64,000 nucleotides of DNA from Reclinomonas americana ATCC 50394 (lineage: Eukaryota). The translations under genes and the position numbers were made by a program. Shown piece by piece: positions 25,474 through 39,173 of this stretch; position 1 is the first letter of the stretch, and each line of letters starts with the position of its first letter. The notes under the pieces are model-generated. The model was not told where the DNA came from. It made no database searches and worked only from the letters and a program-made list of their open reading frames with translations. The stretch covers positions 1-64,000 of the forward strand of contig PS015122.1 of the NCBI GenBank assembly GCA_048213135.1, read 5' to 3'.

Positions 25474-26860
25474 TCACTCTTCGCTCGCTGCGTTGTGCGG
25501 TCGCTTGAGTGGTGGCGGCTCCGCCTCGTCGGCCTCAGCGTGCTCTAGTGGTCGCTTGCGTGTGTCGAGTGGAGACAACTCTGGTGCTGCCGCCGCTGCA
25601 GCTGCTGGTGGTGGTGGTGGCGGCGGAGGCGGAGGAGGAACGGCCACTCCAACGTGCTGGCGAAACGTGAGCGAGATGCGTGGTGTCAGCAGCTTGTTGG
25701 AGCGCTGTGGAGGAATTCCGTGCTTCCAATTCTGCTGCGTGGTGCCGCGCATCACCAGCAACGACCCGTGGGTCACTGTGACTCGTTTCTTGCGACTCTT
25801 GTCGCGCTTGCTCTGCAAGTCAAAGTACCGCGAGGCCCCGAGCGATATGCTGCGCGCGTAAAAGGTCAGCCAACGACACTGTAACAAGGGCACGAAAACG
25901 CCGCCTCCCCCCACCAGGCAACGCAGCCACTGGAGAGCGACTTTTCGTCGTCTGCATGCAGTCCGACCGAATCGCTGCCGTCGCGGTACAAGTTGGCCAG
26001 GATGGCTGCACCCGCACCTTCAGCACTCACCACCACACCACGGTCGCAGTCCACTCACCATTAAAGTGCGTGTTGAGGTGGTGGTTGATGTTTCGCAGCA
26101 GCTCGTCCACCGCGTCTGGCGTTCGCTGGCACACCAGCCCGCGGTTCTTCGAGTACCGATACGCCTGTTCCACACACACACACGAGTCAGCGACGAGCAC
26201 CGACTGCATGCCCGCTAACACACACACCGGTACCTCGACTTCCGCACTGCGCGTGATGAACGCCATGCCTCGGTGCTGGATGCAGTCGCGCCCATTGATC
26301 ACCACCGGCAACTCGAACTGCGACCCCAGAAAGAGACACAGATGAGCGACAACTAGAACGGCAAACAACAAGAAGAAGAGCAGTCTGACCTGGAACTTGA
26401 TGCCACTCCGCTCCTCGTCCATCAACAGCGCAAACATGTCATCAGCCACCGCCCTGCGGCAAGTAACAATGAGCGTGCGCAGCGCGGGGAGGAGAACGCC
26501 ACCACAGGCGACCCGCACACTCACCGATCGAGGAAGTGAGGCTCAAAGCTCACAAGTGACCCATCGGGCTCGTCAAGCACATATTCGACAACTGTGCACG
26601 CCGCGATCATCAATCACTAATGCACACACACTCTCTCTCTTCCTCTCTCTTTCTCACACACCATTACGAGGCGGTCTCTTGGGCACTCGCATGACCGTCG
26701 CCGCCACCACTTGCTCAACACTCTTCTGCTGTTGCTGCAACGATGGTGCCTCGATCTCCACCACATCATCATCATCATCCACCTCCTCTTCCACCTCTAC
26801 CGACGAAGCAGCCTTTGCACGCTGAAGAAAGGCGTCAAGTGTGCCTCTCGCGCGCTGCAT
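25474..26860 (-). CDS. AlkB-family 2OG-Fe(II) dioxygenase (ALKBH2/ALKBH3-like)
   Basis: FNAILANLYRDGSDSVGLHADDE, ISLGASRYF, HGSLLVMRGTTQQNWKHGIP and RISLTFR. The HxD..H and RxxxxxR motifs are intact. Confidence 0.92.
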
Positions 26861-26961
26861 TTGCCTCCAAATACAAAATTGCGACCACAAACACGACACA
26901 AAATGACAGGATGCCACATTGTCGGATTCTCGTTCTTCGCGCCTTTGTGTGACGCGCATCA

Positions 26962-29900
26962 ATGGCGGACGACGGCTCCAAGAACGCGCTTTACCTTGTG
27001 TATCAGAAGTGGCGATTGCCGGGTCCGCATTATGTCACTGAGCCGCATATGCGCGGATTTGAGACGACTGTTGCGTGCGAGTGAGCGCGTGTGAGCGTGA
27101 GTGAGTGCGAGTGTGTGTCAGTGAGCATGTGTGTGAGTGAGTGAGAGAGCGAAAAGTGTGCAACGTGAGTGCGTGCTTTTTTCCATGTGTGTCCCCCAGT
27201 TCGCGCTTATATAGATGATTGCATGCATGTAGCTGGAGCTTCCGGCTGAGTTTCGGTTGCCGGCGGGCGAGCGGATAGTGCGTGGTTTGGGCGCGAACAA
27301 GAAGAATGCGGAGGCAGAGGTGGCACGAGCGGCAATGGATTTGTTGCGAAGAGTGCGATGATCTTCATTTTTCCGCGCGCGCGCTTTTGTGTGCATGCTT
27401 ATCGTTGTTGATCGCAGAGTGGTCTGTTGGAGGTGATTTCGGGCGGTGCTGTGATGACGAACTCGAAGCAGGACCTATTGGAGTTGCGTTTGTGTATGCA
27501 TCTCTCGCTCGCGCGCCTTCTCTCACTCCCTGGTGGCAGGCGCGTGAGGCTGGCCCACGGAGACCCCAACGCGATCGAGTATAACTCCTGGTCATCGGGT
27601 CCGTCGCATGCACCGACATTCACGGCCTCCGTGACGGTGCACGACTTGCCGGCCATGCGAGGAGAGCCACTGGTGGAGGAGGCTGTGGCGTCCACCAAGA
27701 AAGGTATGACGACACGGCGGTTGTGCCTTCCTGTTGCCTCACACGCGGCTTCGCAGAGGCCGAGAAGCTGGCGGCGATGCAGGCAGTGGAGGTGCTGCAG
27801 CGTGCTCTGCTTGCTTGTCACACACGTCGCGTCTGCTCATCATGTCACAGAGAATCGACGACCTCTTGCGAGGCAGAGGAGGAGGAGGAGGAGGACGAGG
27901 AGGAGAAAGTTCGCGTGGTTCAGCCTCGTCACCTGCGGCTTATGCCGCTCCCGCTGCACGTCCCCCCGTCTACTCGCCAGCACCGGCTGCCGCGTCGCGT
28001 GTGACACCCGCCTCGTCACCGTATTCCGCATCGCCGAGCTCGCCGGCATCCGCATCGTCGTCGCGGTCGTCTCCCGCCGCCGCACTGGCCTCGTCGTTTT
28101 CTGTTCTATCGACCGCCGCGCCTCGATCCCCTGCGCGTCATACGGCCCCGACATTCTCTGCCGCAGCTGACGACGACGGTGACGATGACGACGACGACGA
28201 CGAAGACAACGACGACGATGACGGTGACGATGGCGATAGTGGAGCGTGGGGTGGAGTTGCGAAGGCGAAGAAAATGGACGTGGATCTGCCTGTGCTCGAC
28301 GAGAGCGCGGTTCCCGATGTGGTACGTGCCAGTCGCTGATGTGCACATGGACCGACGCTCACCCTCCCGTCCAGAGCTTTCGTGGACCGTCGGCCAAGGC
28401 TGAGTTGAACGAGTATTGCCAGACACATCGACTCTCCGTCCCACCAGCTTATCTCGACTCCCAGTGGGGCCCGTCGCACGCACCGGAGTTTGAAGCCTCC
28501 GTCAGCATTCGGCACGCGGCAGCTCCCGGTGGAGGTTCTTCCTTCCTGCCGCATATGTTCGTGCCAGTTTCTCTTTCGTGTCTCACGCTGCGACATGCGG
28601 TGTCCATCTAGCGTTTGTTGGGCGCGGTTGGGGTCGATCGAAAAAGGATGCCCAGGGTCGAGCCGCCATTCAGGTTCTCAGTCTCATCAGGGGAGCTGAC
28701 CGTGGTGCCAGTGGCAGCGGTTACACCTCAGCTGTGGCGGCAACTGCGCCCAGAAAGAAGAAATACTCGCGCGAGGTACTGCAGCCTGCAGCTGTCTCCC
28801 AGTTTCCGTTGCTAACCTGCTTGTTGTCAGGATCCTGCGGGCGAGCTTGTTCTCAGCGATTACGTCAGTGAGGCGCTCGGGAGGGCGCTTGCGCAGGTGG
28901 ACATGGTGCGTTCATCCCCCTGTATGATGTGTTGCACTCAGTCGCTTACACTCATCGTGCGTCCGGCAGCGGAGCCTGGAGTTGCCGGTTGCTGCTGCGG
29001 TGAGTCGCACGTGCCCTTCGTCTTTTGTGTGTGTGTTATCAGTCTGCTGATCAGTGCGTGCAGAACTCCGGCGCAAACGCTTTTGTGGCCTCCGGAGGCA
29101 ACCGCACGGGGCCTGAGCGTGCGGCTGTGAGTCGTCGGCTTCTTGAGGCTCACGTGTCGCGCATGTCATCGACAGAGCCCGCCTTTCTTCACCTCCAGGT
29201 TCTGTGAGAGTTCCTGCTTGATGCGTCCCGAGTCGATCCCTCACCGTGTGGCGGAGTGTGCAGGCGCAGCGGCAGTCGCTCCCTGTGTGGGCGCAGCGGG
29301 AACAACTGCTTCACGCGATGACCAGTGAGGACTTTTACGTGTGCGTTGTGACCGGCGAGACGGGCAGTGGTAAGACGACGCAAGTGCCGCAGTTTGCGCT
29401 CGACGACGCGTTGCGGAGAGAGGTATGTGGCTTGCCAGTGTACTCCTCTGTGTGTTGATGCTGATCTGTAGTGCACATGGCACGATGTTCAGCGCGGTGC
29501 CGACACGCGAATTATTGTGTGCGAACCTCGTCGGCTCGCCGCAATCACTATTGCAGCGCGTGTGGCTGCCGAGCGCGGTGAGCCTCTGGGTCAGTCGGTC
29601 GGCTACTCGGTGCGCTTCGACTCGGTTCCACCACGCGCAGAGGGTGGAACTATCGAGTTTGTCACCACCGGCACCCTTCTCCGTCGTCTGCAAGATACGA
29701 AACAGCTCGATGGTGAAACCTCCGTGCCGACTCTGCCGCTCGGCGATCATCACTAAACTGCAGTCTGACACGCGCAGGCATCTCGCATGTGTTTTTGGAT
29801 GAGGCTCACGAGCGTACTATTGACGGCGACATGCTGCTCTACTTGCTGCGAGATTTGACTCGCCGAAGTGGATCCCAATTGCGCGTTGTTGTCATGTCGG

Positions 29901-32597
29901 CCACCATCGACGTGTCGCTCTTCACCGACTACTTTGATGGCTGCCCGGAGATTGAAATCTTTGTCGACATGCACGACGTGCAAGGTGAAGTGTCGCTGCT
30001 GTTGTCGTCAACACGTGACTCTGTACATGTTTTCTTGCTCACGGCGTGTGACAGACTTTTTCTTGGAGGACTGGTGAACTCTCGCGCGCTAACACACACA
30101 CACGCACACACACCAGCAGGGATCTGACTCTGTCGTTGTACTGTGCAGTGTGCGGCTGACAAACTTTAGAGGCGGTGAGCGTCCACGATCGCAGTCACGA
30201 GTCTATTCGGACGACGACGTGAGTGTTCCTGCTGCCTTGCTTCTGTTCATCAACAAGCTCATCTTGGCTGACCTCGTGCACAGCATGCGACAGAGAACCT
30301 CAACGTGCTATCGCGTGATGCGTATCCGGAGCACATTTGTCGCGCCGTCGGGAGCATGGAGGAAGGCAACACACCGCCTGAGCTTGTGGCGGAGCTGATC
30401 CTGTACGCTGCCTCGCATCGGATCCCGCAGGCAGCCGTACTTGTCTTCTTGCCTGGCTGGTCCCACATTGACAGCCTCTACCATCACCTCTCGTCGCACG
30501 TGACCATCGGTGAGTCTCGTCTGCCCTGTGACAAGCTGACCTGCGCTGCAACTGACCGATGTCTCCCACACCAAAGGCAATCGGGCGCGCTTCCTCCTTC
30601 TGCCTCTGCACTCGCAACTTACTCGCGACGACCAAAATGCCGTGTTCATGCCTGCGCCGCCAGGCGTGACCAAGGTACGCCACGCCATGTTCTCCTTGTA
30701 GCTACCGTGCGCACATCTCTCACGACGGGTGTGACGCAGATTGTGCTGGCGACCAACATTGCCGAAACATCCTTGACGTTGCGTTCTCGCAGTCACCACA
30801 TTCTGACGCGTGAGCGGGAGGACTCATCTTTCTTGATCCCACAGCATCGACGACGTTGTTTTTGTTATCGACACCGGACTCGTGCGGGAAAAGGTGCATC
30901 ACGCACATCGAGCGCTGTCGTCGCTCGACGTCATGTGGATCAGCAAGGCCAGTGCACAGCAGCGGCGCGGACGAGCGGGTCGTGTGCGCGACGGTTTTTG
31001 CTTCCGACTGTACACACAAGCTCGATACGAACGGTGCGCTGAGTCCTTTTGTTGTCGTGTTGCACGGCAGGTTGCTCACAGAGTCTCGCTGCGCAGTTTC
31101 GCCGAGTACTCGACCCCCGAGATGCGCCGCATGGCACTCGACGAGTTGTGCCTGAGCGTGCAGGCTCTTGGCCTCGGCGAAGCGCAACGCATTCTCTCGC
31201 AGACGATCGAGCCTCCGGATGCTGTGCAGGTCGAGAGCTCGGTGCGCCGACTGCAAGGTTGGTCGGCGGAGTGTGTGTGCGCGAGGCACGGTGGTCGTGG
31301 TGACTTGCACGAGCTCAGTCACTCCTCTTGGCAGGTTTGGGCGCCCTCAACGCCGCCGGAGAAATCACGTCCCTCGGACGCCTCATGTCCAAGCTGCCGG
31401 TGGACGTGCGCCTCTCGCGAATGCTCATCACCGCCATGGTTCTCGGCTGCCGTGAAGAGGCGTTCCAGCTGGCGGCCATGCTGAGGTTTGTGTGTACATT
31501 CTGTCGTTTTGCGATTTCGGCTATCTCTCATCAACGCGCGAGCGCGCACGCACGCAGTTGTCGCGATCCATGGATTGCCACGCTCGACGAAGAGCAGCGA
31601 GAGCGCACTCGCAAATCGCGAGCGTATTTTGCGCGTGGACGCATGAGTGACCACCTGGCTCTCGTGCACGTACTGCAAGAGTGGATGGCGACAAGTCCTG
31701 CAGGTTTCGTGGTTATCCTCTGCTGGTTCTCCTGCTCGTACCCACTCGCAGTGATGATGCAGATCGGCGTGCGTTCTGTCTTCAACATGCGATGTCGCTG
31801 CACGTGATGGAGACGGCGGAGAAGACGCTGCGACAACTGCACACAACAGTGGACGAGGAGCGTGCGCTGCGTGATCTGGGCGCCCCTATTGCGGAAGGCC
31901 AAATGCCGGCAGAGGTGATGCATACCACGAAAGGAGTTTCCATTATTCCTATATCGCTGCGTGCTGTCGACTCTGATGCTCTCTTCCTCCTCTCTCCCAG
32001 GTGCCGTACGGGCTCCTGTGTGCGATTGCCTACACGGGCCTGCACCCGAATGTGGCAATTCACATTGACAAGAAGAAGTTCGTGACGCGCGACAATCCGA
32101 ACACCATGCTGCACCCGTCGAGTGCCAACTTCCGCACGCACCACCACTACCCGCAGCGCACATTCTTCTTTGATGAGATGACGCGGTCGTCGCAGGCATG
32201 TGTTGTCTGGTGGGGGAGGTGGGGTTTCGATAGTCAGCTCACTGTTGCTGATGTGGCGCAGCAGCAAATCTTTTTGCGCAACTCGACCGTGGCCAGCCCG
32301 CTGCTGCTGGTTCTGTTTGGGTCGTTTGAGATTCGGTACCAGCAAGACAACCGCTTCGACGAGCTCGACACCTTGCTGGAGCTCGACGGCTGGCTCCGCT
32401 TCCGCACGCGTCGCCGTGACATTGAGCTGGTGATCGGCCTGAAGCGTATTCTCGACAGCGTGTTCGAGCGGCGAGTGAGCAGCGGCACCCGTGCACTGAC
32501 GCAGGCTGGCGAGCAGACGCAGAGGATCCTCCACGAATTGCTGCCGGAGATCATGTTTGCCGACGAGTGGAGCTACACCAAGGAGCGTCCGTTGTAG
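26962..32597 (+). CDS. DExH-box RNA helicase (DHX9/DHX30/DHX36 group) with three N-terminal dsRBDs
   Basis: Helicase motifs GETGSGKTTQVPQF, EPRRLAA, DEAHER, MSAT, VFLPGW, LATNIAETSLTIDDV, QRRGRAGRV and HPSSAN. dsRBD motifs GANKKNAEAEVA, STKKEAEKLAA and GRSKKDAQGRAA. Confidence 0.93.
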
Positions 32598-32805
32598 TAC
32601 TCGAGAGAAAAGGTGGAACCTTTCCATGTACCTCGCACTCGAAATAAGGTCAAGGGAGACACGCAGTGAGTTGCATGAATGTGATCGAGCTCGACGTCGA
32701 TTAATGAGTTGTCCTCGTCCAACTGCAACAACCTCACTCATCAATCGAGCAATCACGAGGCCGCGTGCGTGAGGAATCTCGTTTGCAACTAGAGAAGAGG
32801 GAACC

Positions 32806-35800
32806 ATGGGTGGTGGCACTCCTTCCAAGCTCCTGCGCGTGATGCACTGCGACGATACCGTAACTGACCTCTCGTGGTGTCCCGATCCTGTGGCCGCCAC
32901 TGGCGACCTGACGCCTTTCGCCTTGCACAACTCCGCCTCCACTCCACAGCTCTCCTCTGTGGGGGCCGCCACGTCATCGTCCAGCTCACGCCGTTTACCA
33001 ACGCGCTCCACATCAACCACCATGTCATCGACGGGAACTGCTGCAGCAAATGGAGGCCACACCAAGACCAATGCTGTTCTTGCATCAGCGTGGTGGGATG
33101 GTGCGTTTCTCTCTCACTCTGCGCGTGAGAGTGAGTGTGTGTGTGTGCGCGCGCGCGCAACAGTGACTGAGTGTGCGCGTGCGTGTGTTCACAGGAACGA
33201 TTCACATGAATGAGCCGTTCACGGGTGTCAAGTTGATGAAGACGCTTCGTGCGGGCGGCAAAACCGGTCATGCGGCGCCTGTCACTGCAGTCACGTGGAC
33301 GCGCGATGGCAAGTTTCTGATCACAGGCTCCAAGGTGAGCTGTTTTTTATTGCACCGTCCTTGTATGGTGTGTACATTTGGCGCCAACAACAACACCTCG
33401 TGTGGCGATGCTAGGATCACGTGGTTCGGATATTCGATCCTCGCAAGGCGACGTGTCTGTGGAGCTTTGAGGGCCACGAGCGCACGGTGCGCAGCGTGTC
33501 GGCGTCGGCGCGCGACGATCACATTCTGGCGTCGTGTTCGGGCGACAACTCGGTGCGCGTGTGGTCGCTGAGCAGTGGGCGCTGCTTGGCCACGATTTGG
33601 AGCTCGGGTGGTGAGACGCACGATGTGGAGATTGCGCCGTCGGGTGCGGTGCTGGCCTACGGCTCGTACGATGGCACTGCGACAGTGTGGTCGATCGATT
33701 CGCAGCAGACGGTCATTACGCTGCATGGTCACGAGGGCCCGGTGCTGGCGCTCTCGTGGGGTCCGCAGTCGCACCGCCTGGTGACAGCATCGGCTGACAA
33801 GACGCTGCGCTTGTGGAAGGTCGGTGATTTCTGCTTGCATCCATCTCTCTCATACAGGAGGATATTCAGGCACATCTTTTATTATATTCTTGTTGTGTCG
33901 TTCGGCAGGTGGCCACTGGCAAGTGCTTGTTCCACTTGAAGGGTCACACACAGGCTGTGCGCGCTGTGGCCTATAGCCCTAATGGCACGCACATTCTCTC
34001 TGGTGCCATGGACGATTCGGTGCGCATCTGGAGCACCTCCAATGGCACATGCTTGCAGCGCCTTACCGACCATGTGCGTCGAGTGTGCGCATGTGCGCGA
34101 GTCCCATTACTTGCTCATTTCGTGGTGCGCCACAACAGGGCGACTGGATTCACTCAGTGTGCTTTAGCGCCGACGGTGCATTCTTTGCCACGGGCTCTCG
34201 CGATCTCACCGTGTGCGTGTACAAGCTCAAGCGCAAGCATCTCAACAAGTGTCGTTGCGCCGTTGTTCAACACTCTCCGCCTCGCCATTGCGTTTCATAC
34301 CGACAAAACTTTGTCCCTCTTTGTGTGCAGGGCCACCGACGCCGCCGGGCGACGAAGACGCGACTCTTGTCGGTCCAGCAAGCAACTCACCCGACGACAC
34401 CTCGGGTACGGGCTCCCACCCGTTTTTTTCCCGCATCCTTCGCAGTCGCAGCTGACTCGCTCTTGTTGCACAGCCGCCCTCAATATGGACAGCGGAGATG
34501 CCGACGGCGTTGACACGCTGCAGTCGATCACGCCGGCGGGACCACGTGGTTTGGCCGCCTCGACACCGGTGCTTGGCGTGCCGTCGCTGTCACTCTCCGC
34601 CAATCCAGTCGGCAAGGCGACTGCGAAACGAAGTGCGTACGTGCATTAATTGGCATGTTCTTGGCCGGTACTCCACACTCATGCGCAATGTATCGCTTGC
34701 AGCTGCGGGAAACGAGGGCGCTCTGCCAGACGCCGGCGGATTGTACGCTGGCGGTGTCAGCGGTGCCAGTTTGGATCAGCTGGCGGGCCTGGCGGGACCG
34801 TCACGCGGGTCTGCGCCGCCGTCTCCCGAGCCTTCACCCCTCCGTACACCGTCCAAGGCACCCATGTCGCCACTCGCCAATTTGTCGGCCGACGGTGTGT
34901 CAAGTCGTGGATCGGCACTAACTACAGAGCTGGCCAGTCTAACGACGCGATATATTGCAGACCGCCGGAATCTGACCGACCTGGCAGCCCTGCTGGAGGG
35001 CGAGGCCTCCTCCGGAAGCACGACAACACTGATTCCCGAGAGTGAGAGAGAGTCATTGTTGCGCATCGTCCAGTTGGCTCGTTGCTTGCTGCTGGTGGAT
35101 CGAGCCGATGTTTCGTGTCCATTTTTGCCGCCTCGTGTTGTTACAGTGTGAGCGCTTACACATGCAATGCAGGCCATGGGAGTGGATGTGCTGACGCTGG
35201 AGAAGAAGTTCTTGCAGAGCTCGCGCCGAGTGTTTGGTGCCGAACAGGCGTTAGCTGTGTTGCTCGGCTCGCCTAGTGCGTTGTCGCGCTTGTCGTCGTT
35301 GAGGTGCTGCACATCACTAACGATAAGCACTTGTGACAGCTGGTGAGAAGAAACGCATGCCACAATTGATCAAGAAGCGCGACAGATATCGACAGGACCA
35401 TTGTGCACTGCTGGGTCTGATCCGCGCCAACCTTGCCGATCGCCTGTCGCTGGTGCGCTCGATCGACACGCTTGGCAGTGTGCTGAATTCGCCACCGCCG
35501 TCCGCTCTCGACTCTGTGGCCGACGGCGACCTGGCTCCACCGTTCAACGGTGCCGAATGGATCCGACAGTACGCGCAGCCCATTGTGAGGGCGCTGAAGG
35601 CGTCAGTGTCGGTCGACGATGCCGAGTATCGGGCACTTGACGAGTCGCTGATATCGCAGGTTGGTGTTCCTCACAAAGGGTTCGTCGTCTGCTCTTCTTG
35701 GTCGGAGGACCTGACTCCTTTTGTGTGTGGCGCAGGCCATTCATCGTTCCACCTCGTGGTCGTCAACGGCATACGAGCGATGTCTTTCGTTCCTGCCGGC

Positions 35801-38800
35801 GCTGCTGCGCACCGAGATGCCACTGACACACATGTTGCATCGCATGGCGGATGCGCACGAGGTGTTTACGCAGCTGACGACGACAGTGCACGAAGGCGCT
35901 GGCGAGGCTCTCGGTCGTCTGAATGAGGCACTGAAGACGTTTGTCCGCATGCTGGAGTTGTTGCGTACGGAGCGCGACGAAGACGATGAGGCACAACCGG
36001 ATCACGCCAAGCGGCAGCAAAGAGTTGCGTAGGGAGGTCGCGAGAGAGAGTGGCGTGTGGCGTGCGACTTACCGTTGTTACAGATTATGCAAATGGAAGC
36101 GCGCATCTGTGTGCACGAGGATGAGCTGCTCGAGATGCGTGCGAAGGTCGCTCACTTGGCGAAGCGTGGCTTCCCCGAATATGTGTTCCAGTTGCAGCAG
36201 TCGCTGACCGACAAGGTTTCGTGGTGATATGTACTGTTGCTTTGGCTCAGTTGCTGTCGCTCACCCACAGATGCTGCAGGTACCATTTGGCCTGCACCTG
36301 GTCGACGATGTAGAATTTGGTGCGTTGTTGCTCTTCATTTTGTATGTTTGTATGTGCGTTTCACTGACGATCGACTGGATGAATGTGCATGCAGTAATGG
36401 ACACAGAACCCGGCGACTACACCATTGTGAATCAGATCATGAGTCGGCATCCGGTCGCCGTCATTCGGTGCGTGTGTGTGTGTTTGTGTTTGCTTGTCTC
36501 TGCGATACGCTGACGCAGCAGCATTGCCACGCACAGCATGGCCAACAAGTACTACTTTGCCAAAGAGTACAACATTCGGTCTGCCGATCAGTGTCTGTGG
36601 CTGAGCAACGAGGTCAACACGCTGGCTCAGCTGCGCCACCCAAATATCGTGCGACTGAAGGGTTTCATGTCGGATCACACGTCCAAGTTTCGCATGCACT
36701 CCCCCTGTTTCATTTTTTCGCAGCGCACACTCTCACGAAGCGGGGTGTCTGCAGGTCGCACTACGTCACTGTGATGGAGGACGTTGGCTCGGTCAACCTC
36801 CTGCGCGCACTGCCGACCATGGAGCTTCCGCAGATTCGCCGGGCCTTTGCTCAGCTGCTGCACGTGAGTCGTTCTGCGCTGCTGTGCAGCCTGGCTCCTC
36901 GCATGTTGCTGATCAAGAGTCTTGTGCACACAGGCCGTCGCGTACATGCACGATCAGGGCGTGGTGCATGCCAATTTGCACCCGGGCAATGTTATTTACT
37001 CGTCCGACCGCGGCGTCATTGTCATTTCGTTTACATCCGCCCAGTTCCGCGAGCCTTTTAATGTTGATACGGGTCAGTCGGTGGCTTTCTCTCTCGTGTC
37101 TGCCTATCCCTTCGCGATGCTCACTTTGCGCTTGCAGCTGTCTCACCGCGAGCGCGGTACGGTGCCCCCGAAGTCCTTCTGCGACGGTCGGCACCGGAGC
37201 CGCCGTGCGACGTTTTCGCCGTTGGCATCATGCTGTTTGACGCCTTCACATCGACCTCGTACTCACTGGATATCGACCCGGCCGCCGGTGTCGTCATGCC
37301 GCGCATCAACGAGGCTCGTGCCGAACTGGGTCTGGAGCCGCTGGAGCAAACGCTGGCCGACGAACTTGACGCTGCGATTGCTCTGATGGTGCGCGTTCAC
37401 TTGCGCTGTTGTCGTTGCTGCGCATTTTGCTGATTCGATCTTGCCACCACAGACGCACATCTCGCCCGGCAAGAGACCCACAGGGTGGGAGTTGCTGGCC
37501 ATGCCAGTGTTCCGCGCTGTGCATCGTGGCGACGACGGCAAGGATGATGTTGCGTGCAAGCAGCAGCAGCAGCAGAGGATAAAGTTGACACGTGTTCTTG
37601 TCGCTGATGATTGCGTTCCGTGATCCCACCAGCCCATGGTGCGCTTCTGGACTGCGCTCTCTCGTGCGCGGCGCGATGCACCGTCACTCCTGCAGGCGCT
37701 GGCGATCGACGAGGTGGAGCTGAGCACGTCGCCGTTGCAGAAGCTGCGATTCGACAGCCGAACAATCTTCAATCACTTGGTGATCGAGCACACGAGACGC
37801 GCCACCGACGCGGGTCATCCCGAGCAGCGCCTGTTTGGACACGCGCATCACGCGCTCGTCAGTGTTGCGTGGCACGACTCGCTGCTGATATTGTTTGTGT
37901 GGCTGCTGACTTGCTGCTGCACAGTTCCTCCGGCGAGTGGTCGAACAGTCGCCGGCCATTGAGTTCCTCGGTTCGGGATCGTACGTCGGGTCTGGGCAGA
38001 CGGCGTTCCCGGCGCCGTCGAGCCGCGCAGGCAACCCGGTGTTGGCCAGCTCCATTTTTACTCTGTTTGGGCGTGTGCTGGCCAAGATGCTGGTGCTCGG
38101 CTGCAAGGTCCCTCGCAAGGTGAGCGTCGGAATGAATGGCGGTCTCTTCTCGTCGCCAGCGATGATGGCACTCACGTTGTCTTGCTTGTGTTGCAGTTGC
38201 TACCTCGGTTCCTGTTCAAGGTGCTGGCCACCACAAAGGCAGTGGAGGCGCCGGTGCTGGCCGACTTGCTGCCCGACCTGCCGGCCATTGCGCGGCACTT
38301 GAGATTGCTGCGGTGTACGGTGGTCGACTGTTTGCACTTGTCGTTCACCGAGGGCATCGACGAGATGGGCCACTTTAGCGAAATCGACCCCGAGTTTGTG
38401 CCCTCGCACGCATCGGACGGTGAGTCTTTTTGTGTGCTGTATATATATGGCGACATGTACATATCCCGTGTTGCACAGAGGTAACGGAGGAGAACAAGGA
38501 AGAGTACATTCGTGCCGTTGTCGCTTCACAGTTGATTGGTTTCGGTCGGCGGGAGGTGAGGTCATGCTTGTCGCTTCTCTCGCCTTTCGTGTGTCGCTGA
38601 GTGTGCGTTCACGCAACGACAGGCATACCTGCGCATTCGAGCGGCCATGATGGAGGCTCTGGCGGTCAACGGGCGAGAGGAAGGGTGCGTGCTGTTGTCG
38701 ACGTTTATCTTGTTCATTCCCAGTGTTAGCTAATGCGTTTCTCTCGCAGATCGCTGTGGTGGGCCGCAGAGATCATGGAGGCCGACGACCTTCGCGGTCT

Positions 38801-39173
38801 GCTGGAGCACGCCGAGCAGGTGTCAGCGGAGGAACTGATTCACCACATTCGCTTCCATCCCGAGTTCGCCGCCAAGCGCAGCCCGGTGCCTGAGCAACTG
38901 TCGGAGACGCTGAGGGCGTGGGAACGCGAAAGCCGCCAGCATCGCTTGATCGACTTTGTCGAGTTTGTGGCCTCGCAGACACGCTTGCCGGTGCGCGACG
39001 CCTTTGCCGAGCGCGTGTCCGTCTCGGTAGTTCCACTGGCTGCGCCGGCGCACTTGCCTGAGAGCCGACCAGTGCATGCCGAGCTGTTCCTGCCAGTGGC
39101 CGGCTACGGATCGACTGCAGCACTTCGTGAGCGACTCGAGCGGGCTATGGATGGCATCCTAGAAGACGAGTGA
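32806..39173 (+). CDS. WD40 - coiled coil - pseudokinase - HECT-like protein (catalytic Cys absent); multi-exon
   Basis: WD40 repeats at about 32830-34230. Kinase fold FAK..EVNTLAQLRHPNIVRL..VVHANLHPGNV..ISFT. HECT-like FTLFGRVLAKML, VTEENKEEYI, FVEFVASQTRLP and LPESRPVHAELFLP..YGSTAALRERLERAM. Confidence 0.75.

Noticed and set aside
33073-33102. Apparent non-GT donor in the first intron of the WD40-HECT gene
   Set aside because: Extending the exon through AVLASAWWD gives a canonical G|GTGCGT donor and completes a WD repeat.
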